Counted from the first letter of the stretch, positions 38,322 to 48,692 are shown. The stretch is DNA of 64,000 nucleotides from Candidatus Methylomirabilales bacterium (GCA_046758505.1 JBHIAH010000001.1:1-64000), one strand, 5' to 3'. Translations and numbers: made by a program. Notes: generated by a model not told the origin, from the sequence alone.

Positions 38322-39227
38322 CTAGATACCTGACCCCTCTCCCAGCCGCCGGAGCAGCGCTTGGGCCCGCCTGCGCAAGACCGATTCGGGGCGGTCTCCC
38401 TCCAGCCTGAGAACCACATCCAAGGCCCCCGTGGCGGCCTTCCTCAACTCTGCCGCGCGAAGAATGTCCGCGACATTGGCGAGCCACAGGGCCGAGTAGA
38501 ATAACAACCGACTGCGCCTGACCATTCCATGAAGGCGTGCCTTCTCCAACGGGGGCAGGTACTCCCGATCGACGGCCAGAGCGAAGGCGGCGAGGACCGC
38601 TCCATACTCCTCGGCCTCCTCGATATTCGCCGCCTGACTGGGAACGGGGACAATGCCGCCGCGCACGACTTCCAGACGGTCAACACCCCGCTGGACATAG
38701 CGCGGCAGATCGCGGACCCCCGCGTACAGAATGGCAACCGGGACCTCGCGTGAGAGCTTCGCGATGGTGTCGGTCTCCTGAGCCAGCCGTCCGGCCCACC
38801 GTCCGACCTTCTTGCGATAGACCCGGACATAGCTTCGCAGCGTCTCCCGCACCCCCTCGTCCGGTTCGGGTGCCTGCCGCAGCGGGAAGCCGAGAGAGGC
38901 CAGTTGGCTTCCGTAGGCGTCAAGAAGCCGGAGATGGGCCACGGTCTCGCCCAGGGCAATGATGCCGCGGAGGACCTTCGCCCTCTCCGACTGGTCCGCC
39001 GCCTCCCCGTTCCGATCGATCCCCCGAAGGGCGCGATACGCCCCCTCGAAATCCAGGGCCGTAAGCTTTGCGAGCCCCTCCTGAAGCCCCGGTCGGTTCG
39101 CAACCGCCGCCGGCCCACACCGGGCCCACGCCAGTTGCCATGCCACGACGACAATCATCGAGAAATAAATCGGCCGTGTCACGTGCCCCGTGACCTCCCC
39201 TGCCCACTTCTTCACGTTCACGACCAC
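38322..39227 (-). CDS. Hypothetical helical protein with N-terminal hydrophobic segment
   Basis: Long ORF packed directly after dctM on the same strand. Confidence 0.55.
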   Translation of the reverse strand: MVVNVKKWAGEVTGHVTRPIYFSMIVVVAWQLAWARCGPAAVANRPGLQEGLAKLTALDFEGAYRALRGIDRNGEAADQSERAKVLRGIIALGETVAHLRLLDAYGSQLASLGFPLRQAPEPDEGVRETLRSYVRVYRKKVGRWAGRLAQETDTIAKLSREVPVAILYAGVRDLPRYVQRGVDRLEVVRGGIVPVPSQAANIEEAEEYGAVLAAFALAVDREYLPPLEKARLHGMVRRSRLLFYSALWLANVADILRAAELRKAATGALDVVLRLEGDRPESVLRRRAQALLRRLGEGSGI

Positions 39228-39238
39228 ACGCGAGGCCC

Positions 39239-40516
39239 CTACGAACCCATCAGGAGTCGCGGGAGAAATAGGCTCACCGCTGGCACATAGGTCACCAGGA
39301 TAAGCACCGCGAGGGCGAGGAAGATAAAGTAAATGGTCATCTTCATGATCTCCGCCACCGAAATCCCCGCAATGGAGCAGGTCGTGAGCAGGACCGAAGC
39401 CACCGGAGGCGTCTGCTGGCCGATTCCCAGGTTGATCGTGACGATCAGGCCAAAGTGCACCGGATCGATGCCGACCTGCCGCACCAGGGGCATGACGATC
39501 GGCACAATCATGATGATGGCGGCCGCGCTGTGCAAGAACATCCCCGCGAAGAGGAAAAAGATATTCATGAACATGAGGATGAGCAGCTTGTTATGGGTAA
39601 ACGCCAGGATCCCGGCGGCGATGCGCTGCGGAACCATCTCGGTGGTGAGATACCAGCCCAGGAGGGCCGAGCCGGCGACGATGAGCATCACGATTGCCGT
39701 CTGGACCGCTGCCTCGAGAAAGATCTCGGGTAGATCCCGGAGGCGGAGCTGCCGGTGGATGACGAAGCCAATGAACAGCGAGGTGACCACCGCCACCCCG
39801 GCAGACTCGGTGGCGGTAAACACGCCGCCGAAGATGCCTCCAATAATGACGACGGGGATTAACAGAGTCCAGACCGCTGCCTTGAAGGTCTTCCAGACTT
39901 TGGCGAGTGCAAAGGCCTCCTCCACGGGCCAGTTTCGCTTGCGAGCGAAATAATAGGAGAGCCCCATCATGGAAAACCCGGCAATCACCCCCGGAATGAC
40001 CCCAGCCATGAACATTCGGGCGATCGAAGTCTCGGCCATGACCGCATAAATGATCATGGGAATGCTGGGGGGAATGATGATGGCGATCGTGGCCGCGGCC
40101 GAGGTGAGTGCGGCCGCGAAATTCAACGGATAGCCCTTCTTCCGCATTGCGGGGATCAGGATCGAGCCCAACGCCGCCACATCGGCCACAGCCGAACCGG
40201 AGATCTCGGCGAAGAACATGGACGTGACGACGGTGACCATGGCGAGCCCCCCCCGGATAAAGCCAACCAGGGCGCTCGCAAGGTTGATGAGGCGCTCCGA
40301 AATTCCCGCAGAGTTCATGAGATTGCCGGTGAGGACGAAGAGGGGAATGGCGACCAGGGGAAAGTTATCTGCCCCGTTAAACATCCGCAAGGGGACCGTG
40401 AGCAGATCGAATCCGCGGAACACCATCGCGGCCATGGCCGTGAGGACCAGGGCAAAGCCAATGGGGACATTGAGGATGACGAAGAGAACGATGAGAATGA
40501 GAACTACATATTCCAT
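39239..40516 (-). CDS. dctM: TRAP transporter large permease
   Basis: AIPLFVL, SGSAVAD, IIPPSIP, FTATE, TPPV. Confidence 0.95.
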   Translation of the reverse strand: MEYVVLILIVLFVILNVPIGFALVLTAMAAMVFRGFDLLTVPLRMFNGADNFPLVAIPLFVLTGNLMNSAGISERLINLASALVGFIRGGLAMVTVVTSMFFAEISGSAVADVAALGSILIPAMRKKGYPLNFAAALTSAAATIAIIIPPSIPMIIYAVMAETSIARMFMAGVIPGVIAGFSMMGLSYYFARKRNWPVEEAFALAKVWKTFKAAVWTLLIPVVIIGGIFGGVFTATESAGVAVVTSLFIGFVIHRQLRLRDLPEIFLEAAVQTAIVMLIVAGSALLGWYLTTEMVPQRIAAGILAFTHNKLLILMFMNIFFLFAGMFLHSAAAIIMIVPIVMPLVRQVGIDPVHFGLIVTINLGIGQQTPPVASVLLTTCSIAGISVAEIMKMTIYFIFLALAVLILVTYVPAVSLFLPRLLMGS

Positions 40517-41001
40517 GGGCCTACCCCGGACACCTCCCCCCCTTTCAGCACATCCCTGATGTGGACCAGACAGATCACCAGCATCAGCACGCCACTGACT
40601 GGAAGGACGACATGGACGAATCCGATGGGAATCGGGAGGGTAATGGCCATCTCCCCCGCCAGCTCGAAGGTCAGTTCCCAGCCGTAATAGATCAGGACCA
40701 CCTGGAAAACAATGATGAGCAAGTAGACCAGAATGGTTACTGCCCGTTGCCAGATGAGCGGCAGGGCCTCGACGACGGTTTCAAATCCGATGTGGCGACG
40801 CCGGTGCAGCGCAACCACGCTCCCCAGGAAGGTGACCCAGACCAGCATGTACCCGACAAATTCATCGTACCAGGTGATCGGGGACAGGAAGACGTAACGG
40901 AGGACAACCTCGGCAAAAACCATGAGGGTCATCGCAGCCATCAGGATGATCAACAGGATCTCGGTCCCGCGAATGGCCCAGGCGTAGAGCCTTCCCGTCA
41001 T
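40504..41001 (-). CDS. dctQ: TRAP transporter small permease
   Basis: Four TM segments, VVLRY...W.DE, HI. Confidence 0.9.
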   Translation of the reverse strand: MTGRLYAWAIRGTEILLIILMAAMTLMVFAEVVLRYVFLSPITWYDEFVGYMLVWVTFLGSVVALHRRRHIGFETVVEALPLIWQRAVTILVYLLIIVFQVVLIYYGWELTFELAGEMAITLPIPIGFVHVVLPVSGVLMLVICLVHIRDVLKGGEVSGVGPWNM

Positions 41002-41083
41002 GTGCGGACCCCCCAGATGAAATGGGGAGCGGGAGTATACTCCTTCCTCCCGCCCCCCGTGCCGTCAAGCGGTCACTACCCTG

Positions 41084-42100
41084 CTACCTTTTTGCCTTCA
41101 TGATCTGATCCAAGATCCACTTGCCCTCCGCCCCAAACTTCTTGGGATATTTATCGTACAGCGGCTGCGAGGCCTTTTCGAACGCCGCGCGATCGATCTT
41201 GTTCACTTTCATTCTCGCCTTCAGGCCCTTGAACAGCTCCCGATCCAGCTTGGCCCCTTTCCTCCGGGCATAGCGACCGGCCTCATGTGCGGCATTCCGG
41301 AGCACATACTGGATGTCCTCAGGCAGCCCCTCGAACCACTTCTTGTTCCCGATCAGGTACGCGGGGGTATACACGTGGTTCGAGATGGAGAGATACTTTT
41401 GGACCTCAGCAAATTTCGCCGACGAGATCTGGGCATAGGGGTTCTCCTGGCCGTCGATCACCCCCTGCTGCAGGGCCGAGTAGACCTCCTTGAAGCTCAT
41501 CGAGGTGGGGCTGGCGCCCAGGGTGCGGAACAGCTCCATCCGCGCCGGGCTCTTGGGGGTGCGGAGCTTGATCCCCTTCAGATCGGCCGGGGTCCGAATG
41601 GGCCGCTTGTTGTTCGTAATCTTCCGAAACCCGTTCTCCCAGTACCCCAGGATCACGTATCCCTTCTTTTCCAGCCGCTTGGCCAGCCGGGCCCCGACCC
41701 GCCCCTCCAGTACCCGTGCGACGTGCGCGCGGTTCTTGAAGAGAAACGGCAATTCCTGAAAGCCGAAGATGGGATCGGTGGCCGGAAGGACCGTGGAGGG
41801 GAGCGTCAGATGGGGATTGCCGCTCCCCAGCCGGACCGCCTGCATCATCTCCTTATCTTTGCCCAGCTGGCTCGAGTGAAACTCCTGGACCTCGACCGCC
41901 CCGTTGGTGCGCTCCTCGACCAGTTTCTTGAAGTACTGGGCAGTGTAATTAAAGAGCGACTTGGGATATCCCACGTGCCCGAGCTTGACGACGATCTTCT
42001 TCTCTGCGGCACGTGCCGTCACTGGCGCCAGCGCCACCGAGATCAGAAACAACGTCCCAGTGCACAGCGCGATTACCGATGCGCGTCCGATCCGTCTCAT
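41084..42100 (-). CDS. dctP: TRAP substrate-binding protein
   Basis: ENGFR, DLKGIKLR, EVYSALQQGVIDGQEN; signal peptide. Confidence 0.95.
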   Translation of the reverse strand: MRRIGRASVIALCTGTLFLISVALAPVTARAAEKKIVVKLGHVGYPKSLFNYTAQYFKKLVEERTNGAVEVQEFHSSQLGKDKEMMQAVRLGSGNPHLTLPSTVLPATDPIFGFQELPFLFKNRAHVARVLEGRVGARLAKRLEKKGYVILGYWENGFRKITNNKRPIRTPADLKGIKLRTPKSPARMELFRTLGASPTSMSFKEVYSALQQGVIDGQENPYAQISSAKFAEVQKYLSISNHVYTPAYLIGNKKWFEGLPEDIQYVLRNAAHEAGRYARRKGAKLDRELFKGLKARMKVNKIDRAAFEKASQPLYDKYPKKFGAEGKWILDQIMKAKR

Positions 42101-42237
42101 GATCCTCTCTCCTTTCTACAACAACGCCACCCACACCTAGATGCCGCCCGAATCCATCAACCGAGATACCACCTCCCCTCATCAAAAGGCCGCACCCCCG
42201 CCAGGAATGCGCGGGGCGGTCCCCTCCCCTCGACACC

Positions 42238-45126
42238 CTACACGATTGCCTCCGCCAATACCTGAGCAGGATGTTTCGCCCAGCGGCCGGTCCCGTGCAG
42301 GATCTGCTGCCGGCAGGAGACCCCCGAGGCGACGATCTCCACCTGCGTCCCGGCCTTCTCAATTGCCGGAAACAGGCGCTGCCGGCCAATAGCAACCGAG
42401 AGGTCGTAGTGCTCTCTCTCAAAACCGAAGGAGCCTGCCATCCCGCAGCAGCCCGCATCCACCTCTTCCACACTGAGGCCGGGGATCAGGCGCAGAAGCT
42501 CGATGGTCGGTCGGGCCCCGACCAGGGCCTTCTGATGGCAGTGGGCATGCAGGAGCACGCGTCCTTCGATTGGCCGAAAGGCTTTGCGCAGCTCATCCTG
42601 GCCGTGACGCTCGAGGAGGAACTCCTCGAGGAGAAAGCCCTGCCGTCCGACCGCCTCCGCCACCGGAGCCTCGAGCAGGTCGCGGTACTCATCCCGCAGC
42701 GTCAGGAGGCAACTCGGCTCACATCCCACGATGGGGATTCTGGCCTCCACGAAGCGCGACAACCGATCCGCCGTCGCCCTGGCTTGCCCGACCGCCTCTC
42801 CGAGAAGTCCCTTGGAAATGAAGGTGCGCCCGCAGCAGCCCACATCCGCCAGGATTACCTGATAGCCCAACCCCTCCAGAAGCCTGGTTACCGCGATCCC
42901 GACCTCGGGGTAGTGATAGGTCATGAAGGTATCGGGAAACAGTGCCACTTGTCCTTTGGCGCCCGGCGGCGACCCGCCCCGCCTTTGAAACCATCCGGGG
43001 AAGCTCACGGAGGCGAAGGGGGGCAACGGACGTCGCTTTTCGATCCCCACCAGATGGTGGAGCAGCCACCGGGTCCCGGGGAGCGCCGTCGCCCAGTTCG
43101 AGAGGGGAGCCAGCCGGCTCCCCCACCGCCCCAGGGTCGCCGCGTGGGCGAAGAGCCGCACCCGCAACGGGACACCGTTTCTCTCGTAGTACCGGGCGAG
43201 GAACTCCGCTTTCAGCTTGGCCATATCGACGCCCGTGGGGCACTCCCGCTTACAGGCCTTGCAGTCGAGGCAGAGATCCAATGCCCCGTAAAGCCCGGGC
43301 CCGCTCAGGGCCTCGGGGGGAAGTTCCCCCGAGAGCGCCGCCCGTAAGAGATTGGCCCGCCCGCGCGTACAGTGTTCCTCCTCGCGGGTGACCATGTACG
43401 AGGGGCACATGGTCCCCTCCACCTTCCGGCAGTTCCCGACCCCGGTGCATCGCTCGACGGCCGCCGCGAACCCCCCTGCTTCCCGGAACGAATGATGCGT
43501 CCCCACGGCGGCCGTCCGATACCCCGACCCGTATCGGAGCTGGCCGTTGACCTGGGGCGGATCGTCGCTCACGATCTTGCCGGGATTGAGCATACCGTGC
43601 GGGTCCAGGAGGACCTTCACCTCGCGAAAGGCCTTTTCGAGCCCCCCGTACTGCCCTCCGATGTAGCAGGTCCGGGCCAGCCCATCCCCGTGTTCCGCGC
43701 TGATCGTCCCCTTGAGATCCCACACGATCCCGTGGGCCTCCTCGGCCATGGCCCGGATCATGGCGATGTCCCGCGCGTCCTTGGGATCGAGCAGGGGCAG
43801 GATGTGGAGATTGCCGTCGCCGGCGTGCCCGTAGACGCCGGCCGTGACGTCATATCTCTTCAGGAGCTGTCGCATCCTGCCGATGAAGTCGGGCAGCCGG
43901 GTGGGATGGACGGCAGCATCCTCGATGAAGGCCAGCGCCTTGCGGGGGCCTTTCATCTTGCCGATCACGCCGCCTGCCACCTTCCGGACCGCAACGATCT
44001 TGGCCTGATCGTCCGGGGACGTGGCAAGGAGCATCCCGGTGGCGAGGCGGCGTTCCTCCACAAGCTGCCTTCGCGTGGCGGCCATCCGAGTCTCAACCTC
44101 CTCGGGGTGTTCCCCCTCATGTTCGAGGATCAGGATCGCCTCGATCCCCTCCGGGAGGAACGGGCGCAGCTCGGGAGCTTCCCGGCGGCTGAGATCAAGA
44201 AGCTGCCGTTCCAGGATCTCGACCATGCTCGGCCGATGCTCACGGAGGACCACCACGGCCTCCCCCATCTTCTCGAGAGAGTCAAAGCTCAGCAGCGCGA
44301 TGGTCCAGTTTCGGGGATGATCCAGAACCCGGAAGGTCGCCTCGGTAAAGATCCCCAGCGTCCCCTCCGAGCCGGTGAAGAGCTGGCCGAGGTCCATGAT
44401 CCCGTTTTGGGCCAGACGCCACAGGTTGTACCCGCAGTTGTTGTTGGTCACCTCTGGGGCTTTCTCTTTCAACTGATCCCCGAAGCCTTCCAGGATGCTC
44501 AGGAGGCCTTGATAGATCGGGCCCTGCACCCGGTCCCGGAGAAGGGCCTGAAGTCGAGCGCTGTTCCGATCCACCGGCTCGGTCCGGATGAGGTCGCCGC
44601 TGGCAAGGACGACATCCAGGGAGGCGAGGTAGTCCCTCGTGGTCCCGTACTTGACCGAATGCGCCCCCTTGCTGTTCGTGGCCAGCATCCCCCCCAGGGC
44701 ACAGACATCCCCGCTCGAGGGATCGGGAGGAAAGTACTTGTCATGCGGCTTCAGCGCCCTCGTGAGAGACGTGAGTGTGCAGCCGGGTTCGACCCGAACT
44801 CGACTGTTGCCGGGATCGAGTTCAAGGATCCGGTGCATGTACCGGGTGAAATCGAGGACGATGCCTGCCCCCAGCTCTTGCCCACACCGGCTGGAACCGC
44901 CCCCCCGCGGAATCAGGGGAATGCCCCGATCCGCAGCGTACCGCACCGTGAGGATTACATCCTCGCGGTGCTTCGGAAAGACCACGCCGAGCGGCTTGAT
45001 CCGATACATACAGGCCCCGGTGCTGTACAGCACCCGGGTCACCTCGTCGAACCGCGCATCCCCCTCGACGAGGTTCCGCAGATCAGCAGCAATGGCCTGA
45101 AGTTGTGCCGGTCCTACATCCGGCAT
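42238..45126 (-). CDS. FAD-binding and (Fe-S)-binding oxidoreductase (GlcD/GlcF-like fusion, YdiJ-type)
   Basis: PRGGGSS, GSEGTLG, HAGDGNLH, EHGDG, CLDCKACKRECP, two CCG domains. Confidence 0.92.
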   Translation of the reverse strand: MPDVGPAQLQAIAADLRNLVEGDARFDEVTRVLYSTGACMYRIKPLGVVFPKHREDVILTVRYAADRGIPLIPRGGGSSRCGQELGAGIVLDFTRYMHRILELDPGNSRVRVEPGCTLTSLTRALKPHDKYFPPDPSSGDVCALGGMLATNSKGAHSVKYGTTRDYLASLDVVLASGDLIRTEPVDRNSARLQALLRDRVQGPIYQGLLSILEGFGDQLKEKAPEVTNNNCGYNLWRLAQNGIMDLGQLFTGSEGTLGIFTEATFRVLDHPRNWTIALLSFDSLEKMGEAVVVLREHRPSMVEILERQLLDLSRREAPELRPFLPEGIEAILILEHEGEHPEEVETRMAATRRQLVEERRLATGMLLATSPDDQAKIVAVRKVAGGVIGKMKGPRKALAFIEDAAVHPTRLPDFIGRMRQLLKRYDVTAGVYGHAGDGNLHILPLLDPKDARDIAMIRAMAEEAHGIVWDLKGTISAEHGDGLARTCYIGGQYGGLEKAFREVKVLLDPHGMLNPGKIVSDDPPQVNGQLRYGSGYRTAAVGTHHSFREAGGFAAAVERCTGVGNCRKVEGTMCPSYMVTREEEHCTRGRANLLRAALSGELPPEALSGPGLYGALDLCLDCKACKRECPTGVDMAKLKAEFLARYYERNGVPLRVRLFAHAATLGRWGSRLAPLSNWATALPGTRWLLHHLVGIEKRRPLPPFASVSFPGWFQRRGGSPPGAKGQVALFPDTFMTYHYPEVGIAVTRLLEGLGYQVILADVGCCGRTFISKGLLGEAVGQARATADRLSRFVEARIPIVGCEPSCLLTLRDEYRDLLEAPVAEAVGRQGFLLEEFLLERHGQDELRKAFRPIEGRVLLHAHCHQKALVGARPTIELLRLIPGLSVEEVDAGCCGMAGSFGFEREHYDLSVAIGRQRLFPAIEKAGTQVEIVASGVSCRQQILHGTGRWAKHPAQVLAEAIV

Positions 45127-45130
45127 GGAC

Positions 45131-45682
45131 CTACCTCACGGGGAGGCCGACCGCCTGCCCGGCTGCCCTGAGCGCCTGGAGGGCCCGGCGCCGGTCAGCC
45201 CCCTTGGTCTCCGCCTCGACGACTCCCTCGAGGGCTTCCCGGTCGACCGTCCCGGATAGAGCGGCAGCGGCGGCGGCGACCGGGAGGGCCGGGTCAATCC
45301 CGAACTGCTCCGCGACGCCTGTGAGGTCGGCGACCGCAACCCGGGCCCGGGTATTCAGATCCACCGCACCGGTGCTGTTGACCAGGAGGACTCCAGTGTC
45401 CTTGAGGCCCGCGGTGACATCGACCTCTTTCACGAGGCTGGCATCGGTCACCGCGACCAGGTCCAGGACGTATTCCTGCGAGTAGGTCTCGATCGGCTCC
45501 GTGGCCACCCGGAGGTGCGCCGCCTCGGGTGTGTAGCCCCGCAGGAAAAGCCAGGGGGGGCGCAACTGCGCCTGTTTCCCCTCGGCCAGGGCAGCCTGCG
45601 CTAAAAGCCGTGCGGCCTCGATGAAGGAAGCCAGATGGTCGTATCGGGGCAGCCGGCGCCCGTGGAAGCGAAGCTCTTTCAT
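45131..45682 (-). CDS. 2-oxoacid:ferredoxin oxidoreductase gamma subunit, divergent
   Basis: MKELRFHGR, GLKDTGVLLVNS; lacks GRGGQG. Confidence 0.75.
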   Translation of the reverse strand: MKELRFHGRRLPRYDHLASFIEAARLLAQAALAEGKQAQLRPPWLFLRGYTPEAAHLRVATEPIETYSQEYVLDLVAVTDASLVKEVDVTAGLKDTGVLLVNSTGAVDLNTRARVAVADLTGVAEQFGIDPALPVAAAAAALSGTVDREALEGVVEAETKGADRRRALQALRAAGQAVGLPVR

Positions 45683-46560
45683 CGGCCGGCCCCCCAGCTT
45701 TCATCCACCCGCCGCTGGAGGAGTTGGATCTCCCGGGGCGTAAGTCGTGTAAATCGCCGCTGGAGTCCCACGTACTCCGTGACCGGCCTGCGCCGCTTCG
45801 GCCGGTAGGTGAGCCTCATTCGGCCCTGTTCGACTTCGTACAACATCCACATCCCCGTCTCGACGGCCGCCCGGGCGACCTCCATCGTCTCCGCATGGGG
45901 ATAGCCCCACGAAATCGGACACGGGGTGAGGACATGCAGGTAGCGGAAGCCCCGGATCCGGGCTGCCCGGCGAAGCTTCGTGCGATAGTCCTCCAGGTGA
46001 GACACGGCGGCCGTGGCCACGTAGGGAACGCCATGCGCCGCCATGATGCGCGGCAAATCCTTTTTTAGCGTGGGGACACCGCCGGGAGTCGTCGGGGTCC
46101 GAGCCCCGGTCGGCGAGCTCGCGGTGCCCTGGCCCTGGGTGTTCATGGCCACTTCATTGTCGTAGCAGACATACAGGATGTTTTCGTTCCGGCTCGCCGC
46201 CCCGGAGAGGGCCTGAAATCCGATGTCGACGGTCCCGGAATCTCCGGCGAAGCAGACGACGTGCACGTCCCGCATCCCGCGGGCATCATAGGCATGTCGC
46301 AGGCCGGTCGCCGCCGCCGGCGCACTCTCGAAGATCCAGTGGACGAAGGGTACCTTCCACGACGCGCTGCTGTACGAGAGGCTGAAGGTGGCCGCACAGC
46401 TCGCCGGACTGATCACGGCCATCTTCGGCCCCAGGATCTCGGCCAGGAGGTCTGCCGTGGGGAGGGCCCCACACCCCTCGCAGGCCGTCCCCTTCATCAC
46501 CGGCGGCAGGCTGAAACGTCGCGAGCGGGGGATAGTCGGAAGCGGTCTGGTTGCTGGCAT
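45679..46560 (-). CDS. 2-oxoacid:ferredoxin oxidoreductase beta subunit (TPP-binding)
   Basis: ACEGCG, GDSGTVDIG...YDNE..MNT, PCPISW. Confidence 0.9.
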   Translation of the reverse strand: MPATRPLPTIPRSRRFSLPPVMKGTACEGCGALPTADLLAEILGPKMAVISPASCAATFSLSYSSASWKVPFVHWIFESAPAAATGLRHAYDARGMRDVHVVCFAGDSGTVDIGFQALSGAASRNENILYVCYDNEVAMNTQGQGTASSPTGARTPTTPGGVPTLKKDLPRIMAAHGVPYVATAAVSHLEDYRTKLRRAARIRGFRYLHVLTPCPISWGYPHAETMEVARAAVETGMWMLYEVEQGRMRLTYRPKRRRPVTEYVGLQRRFTRLTPREIQLLQRRVDESWGAGR

Positions 46561-46572
46561 GCGGATCCCTCC

Positions 46573-47802
46573 CTATCCGGCCCGGGCGAGGGGCCGGGCC
46601 TGGGGCGATTCGTCGCGTACGCGCGCCCGGTCAAGGCCGAGCCAGTCGATGGCGTCTTCCTCTCTGTCAAACGGGGGCTCTCGCTTGAGCACCCTGCGGG
46701 TGACTTCCATTACCTGGCGGACCGTCACATCCCGCCCCCCGAGGCCGGCGATGACCCCGACGATCCGCGGCGGCTCGGGGGCGCCGTACAGGGCCGACCG
46801 GATCTCCTCGTACAGAACTCCATGGCTCCCGGTAGCACAATTCCGATCGACGGCGATGACCACCTCCGCCCCCCGAATCGCCTCCCGAATCGCCTCCGTT
46901 GGGAAGGGCCGGTAGGCGCGGATCTTGAGGAGGCTCGCGGACACCCCCTCGGCCTGGAGCTCCCGCACCGCCCGGCGCGCCATCTTGGCGATCGATCCCA
47001 TGCAGGCCAGCACGGTGCGCCCGGCAGGTTCGGTCGTCTCGATGAGTCCGCGGGACTCGCCTCCGACAGCCTCGGCATATGCCCCGCCGACCTCGGGGAT
47101 GACGTCGAGGGCCGCCTCCATGGCCTGATGCTCGGCGAACTTGAATTCGGTGTACCACTCCGGAGGTGTCGGGGGGTTCAGGGAACGTGGCTTTGAGGGA
47201 TCGAGCAATGCCTCGACGTGAGGGCGTCCGAGAAATCGGTCCACCGCCCTGGCGTCGGGCACCATGACCCCCTCGGCAGTGTTCGAGTGGATAAAGGACT
47301 CGTAACAGAACATACCGGGCAGCCGCACCCGCGAGTCTTCGCAGATCTTGAAGAGCTGAATCCCCGTCTCGAGAACCTCCTGCGCGTCCTCGCAAAAGAG
47401 CTGGATCCACCCCGCCCGGTTCACCGCCAGGGCATCGTTGTGATCCGCGTACCGGCTGTGCGGGACCGAGATGGCCCGATTGACTACCGCCATCACGACG
47501 GGGCACCGGCCGCCCGAGGCGGTGTAGAGGTGCTCGGCCATGAAGAGGAGACCCTGAGAGTTCGTCGCGGTAAAAACCCGGCTTCCGCCCAGCGAGGCCC
47601 CCACGGCGGCGGCCATGGCGGCGTAATCTGATTCCATGTTGATGAATTCAGACTCGAGCAATCCCGACTCGACATCTCCGGCGATGACCCCGAGCATGGG
47701 GGATTGGGGGGTAATGGGATAGATCGGAATCACCTGGGGCTTCGAGAAACGTACCGCCCGGGCCGCCGTCTCGTTGCCGGTGAGAAGCTCTACCCTTCCC
47801 AT
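46573..47802 (-). CDS. 2-oxoacid:ferredoxin oxidoreductase alpha subunit
   Basis: GNETAA, YPITPQ, TATNSQGL, RPFP, GLGGRD. Confidence 0.92.
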   Translation of the reverse strand: MGRVELLTGNETAARAVRFSKPQVIPIYPITPQSPMLGVIAGDVESGLLESEFINMESDYAAMAAAVGASLGGSRVFTATNSQGLLFMAEHLYTASGGRCPVVMAVVNRAISVPHSRYADHNDALAVNRAGWIQLFCEDAQEVLETGIQLFKICEDSRVRLPGMFCYESFIHSNTAEGVMVPDARAVDRFLGRPHVEALLDPSKPRSLNPPTPPEWYTEFKFAEHQAMEAALDVIPEVGGAYAEAVGGESRGLIETTEPAGRTVLACMGSIAKMARRAVRELQAEGVSASLLKIRAYRPFPTEAIREAIRGAEVVIAVDRNCATGSHGVLYEEIRSALYGAPEPPRIVGVIAGLGGRDVTVRQVMEVTRRVLKREPPFDREEDAIDWLGLDRARVRDESPQARPLARAG

Positions 47803-48479
47803 CTCTTCTCCTCCATCTCCTCGTCCTCCCTCGCCTTGAGGTGGGCGAGGAGTGTCTCCTTCTTGCGGTGCACATGTTCCGCCACCAACCGTTCGGCCTG
47901 CTCCGGGTCCCGGTCCTTGATCGCCTGGAGGATCGCCCAGTGCTCCTGTAACCATTGCTTCCGGGCCCGGCCGACCTCCAGGGTGATCCGCCGGTAGCGT
48001 AGAATCTTGTCGTGGATCACCTGGAGGAGCTGCTGCAGCTGCGCGCTGCCGCTCAGGGCGTTGAGGCCGTCGTGAAACCGGGTGTTCCAACTCAAGAGTC
48101 GCTCGGGAGCTTCTGTGCCCACCAAGGCCTCGGATCGCCTCAGGACCTCCTCGACCTTCGCGATCCCCTCGGGCGTCGCCCGCTCGGCCGCCAGGCGGGC
48201 CGCGAAGCCCTCGAGCACCGCTCGGATGCGAAAGGTCTCCTCCACCTCCTCGAGCGACATCTCGCTCACGACCAGGCTGCTTCCCGGTCCCTTGGAGAGA
48301 AAGCCCTCCGCCTCGAGCCGTCGCATCGCCTCGCGGATCGGCGTCCGGCTGATTCCGAGGCGGCCGGCCAGCTCGGTCTCCACAATTCGAATCCCGGGGG
48401 CGAGTTCTCCACGGACGATGGCCTGACGGAGGGTGTCGTACACTTCTTCGCGCAGTGGACGGGGGACCTGGATTTTCAC
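47790..48479 (-). CDS. GntR family regulator (FCD domain)
   Basis: LGISRTPIREA HTH; FH...EH..I..AI FCD. Confidence 0.95.
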   Translation of the reverse strand: MKIQVPRPLREEVYDTLRQAIVRGELAPGIRIVETELAGRLGISRTPIREAMRRLEAEGFLSKGPGSSLVVSEMSLEEVEETFRIRAVLEGFAARLAAERATPEGIAKVEEVLRRSEALVGTEAPERLLSWNTRFHDGLNALSGSAQLQQLLQVIHDKILRYRRITLEVGRARKQWLQEHWAILQAIKDRDPEQAERLVAEHVHRKKETLLAHLKAREDEEMEEKRWEG

Positions 48480-48512
48480 GGTGGGCCCCTGAGTGGAGGT
48501 ATTCGAAGATAA

Positions 48513-48536
48513 CTGTATACTGGATACAGTATACAG
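48513..48536. promoter_or_regulatory. Perfect palindrome, likely GntR operator
   Basis: CTGTATACTG-N4-CAGTATACAG just downstream of a minus-strand TTGACA (48549-48544). Confidence 0.75.
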
Positions 48537-48553
48537 ACGTGGCTGTCAATAGG

Positions 48554-48593
48554 AAAAAAGAAGTGGACCGGAGGTTCGAGTGGCCTCCGGTCC
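48554..48593 (-). terminator. Intrinsic terminator
   Basis: GGACCGGAGG/CCTCCGGTCC 10-bp stem followed by ACTTCTTTTTT. Confidence 0.8.
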
Positions 48594-48692
48594 GAGACGC
48601 GACGGCATGCCAGGTTGCTTCAGGCAGAACGCAGACGAATGTCCTAACAAATCCTCTGGCGGGTCAAGGTTGCGGAGCGGTGGCTCGCTTCC

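Noticed and set aside
12693..45171. Long antisense ORFs such as 12693-14180, 18049-19602, 22788-24269, 36177-37457 and 43372-45171
   Set aside because: Shadow frames of real genes, expected in high-GC DNA, with no recognisable motifs.
46573..47802. Oxalate oxidoreductase assignment
   Set aside because: The alpha subunit has YPITP rather than the YPIRP I recall for oxalate oxidoreductase.
48513..48536. Possible LexA/SOS box (CTGT...ACAG)
   Set aside because: Spacing does not fit CTGT-N8-ACAG, and its position before a GntR gene fits a GntR operator.
46573..48549. 658-aa ORF suggesting an N-terminally extended alpha subunit
   Set aside because: The extension is an alternative frame of the GntR gene; homology starts at the ATG at 47802.
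48565..48593. GGTTCGAG T-loop-like motif suggesting a tRNA
   Set aside because: It is the loop of a simple terminator hairpin, with no cloverleaf.
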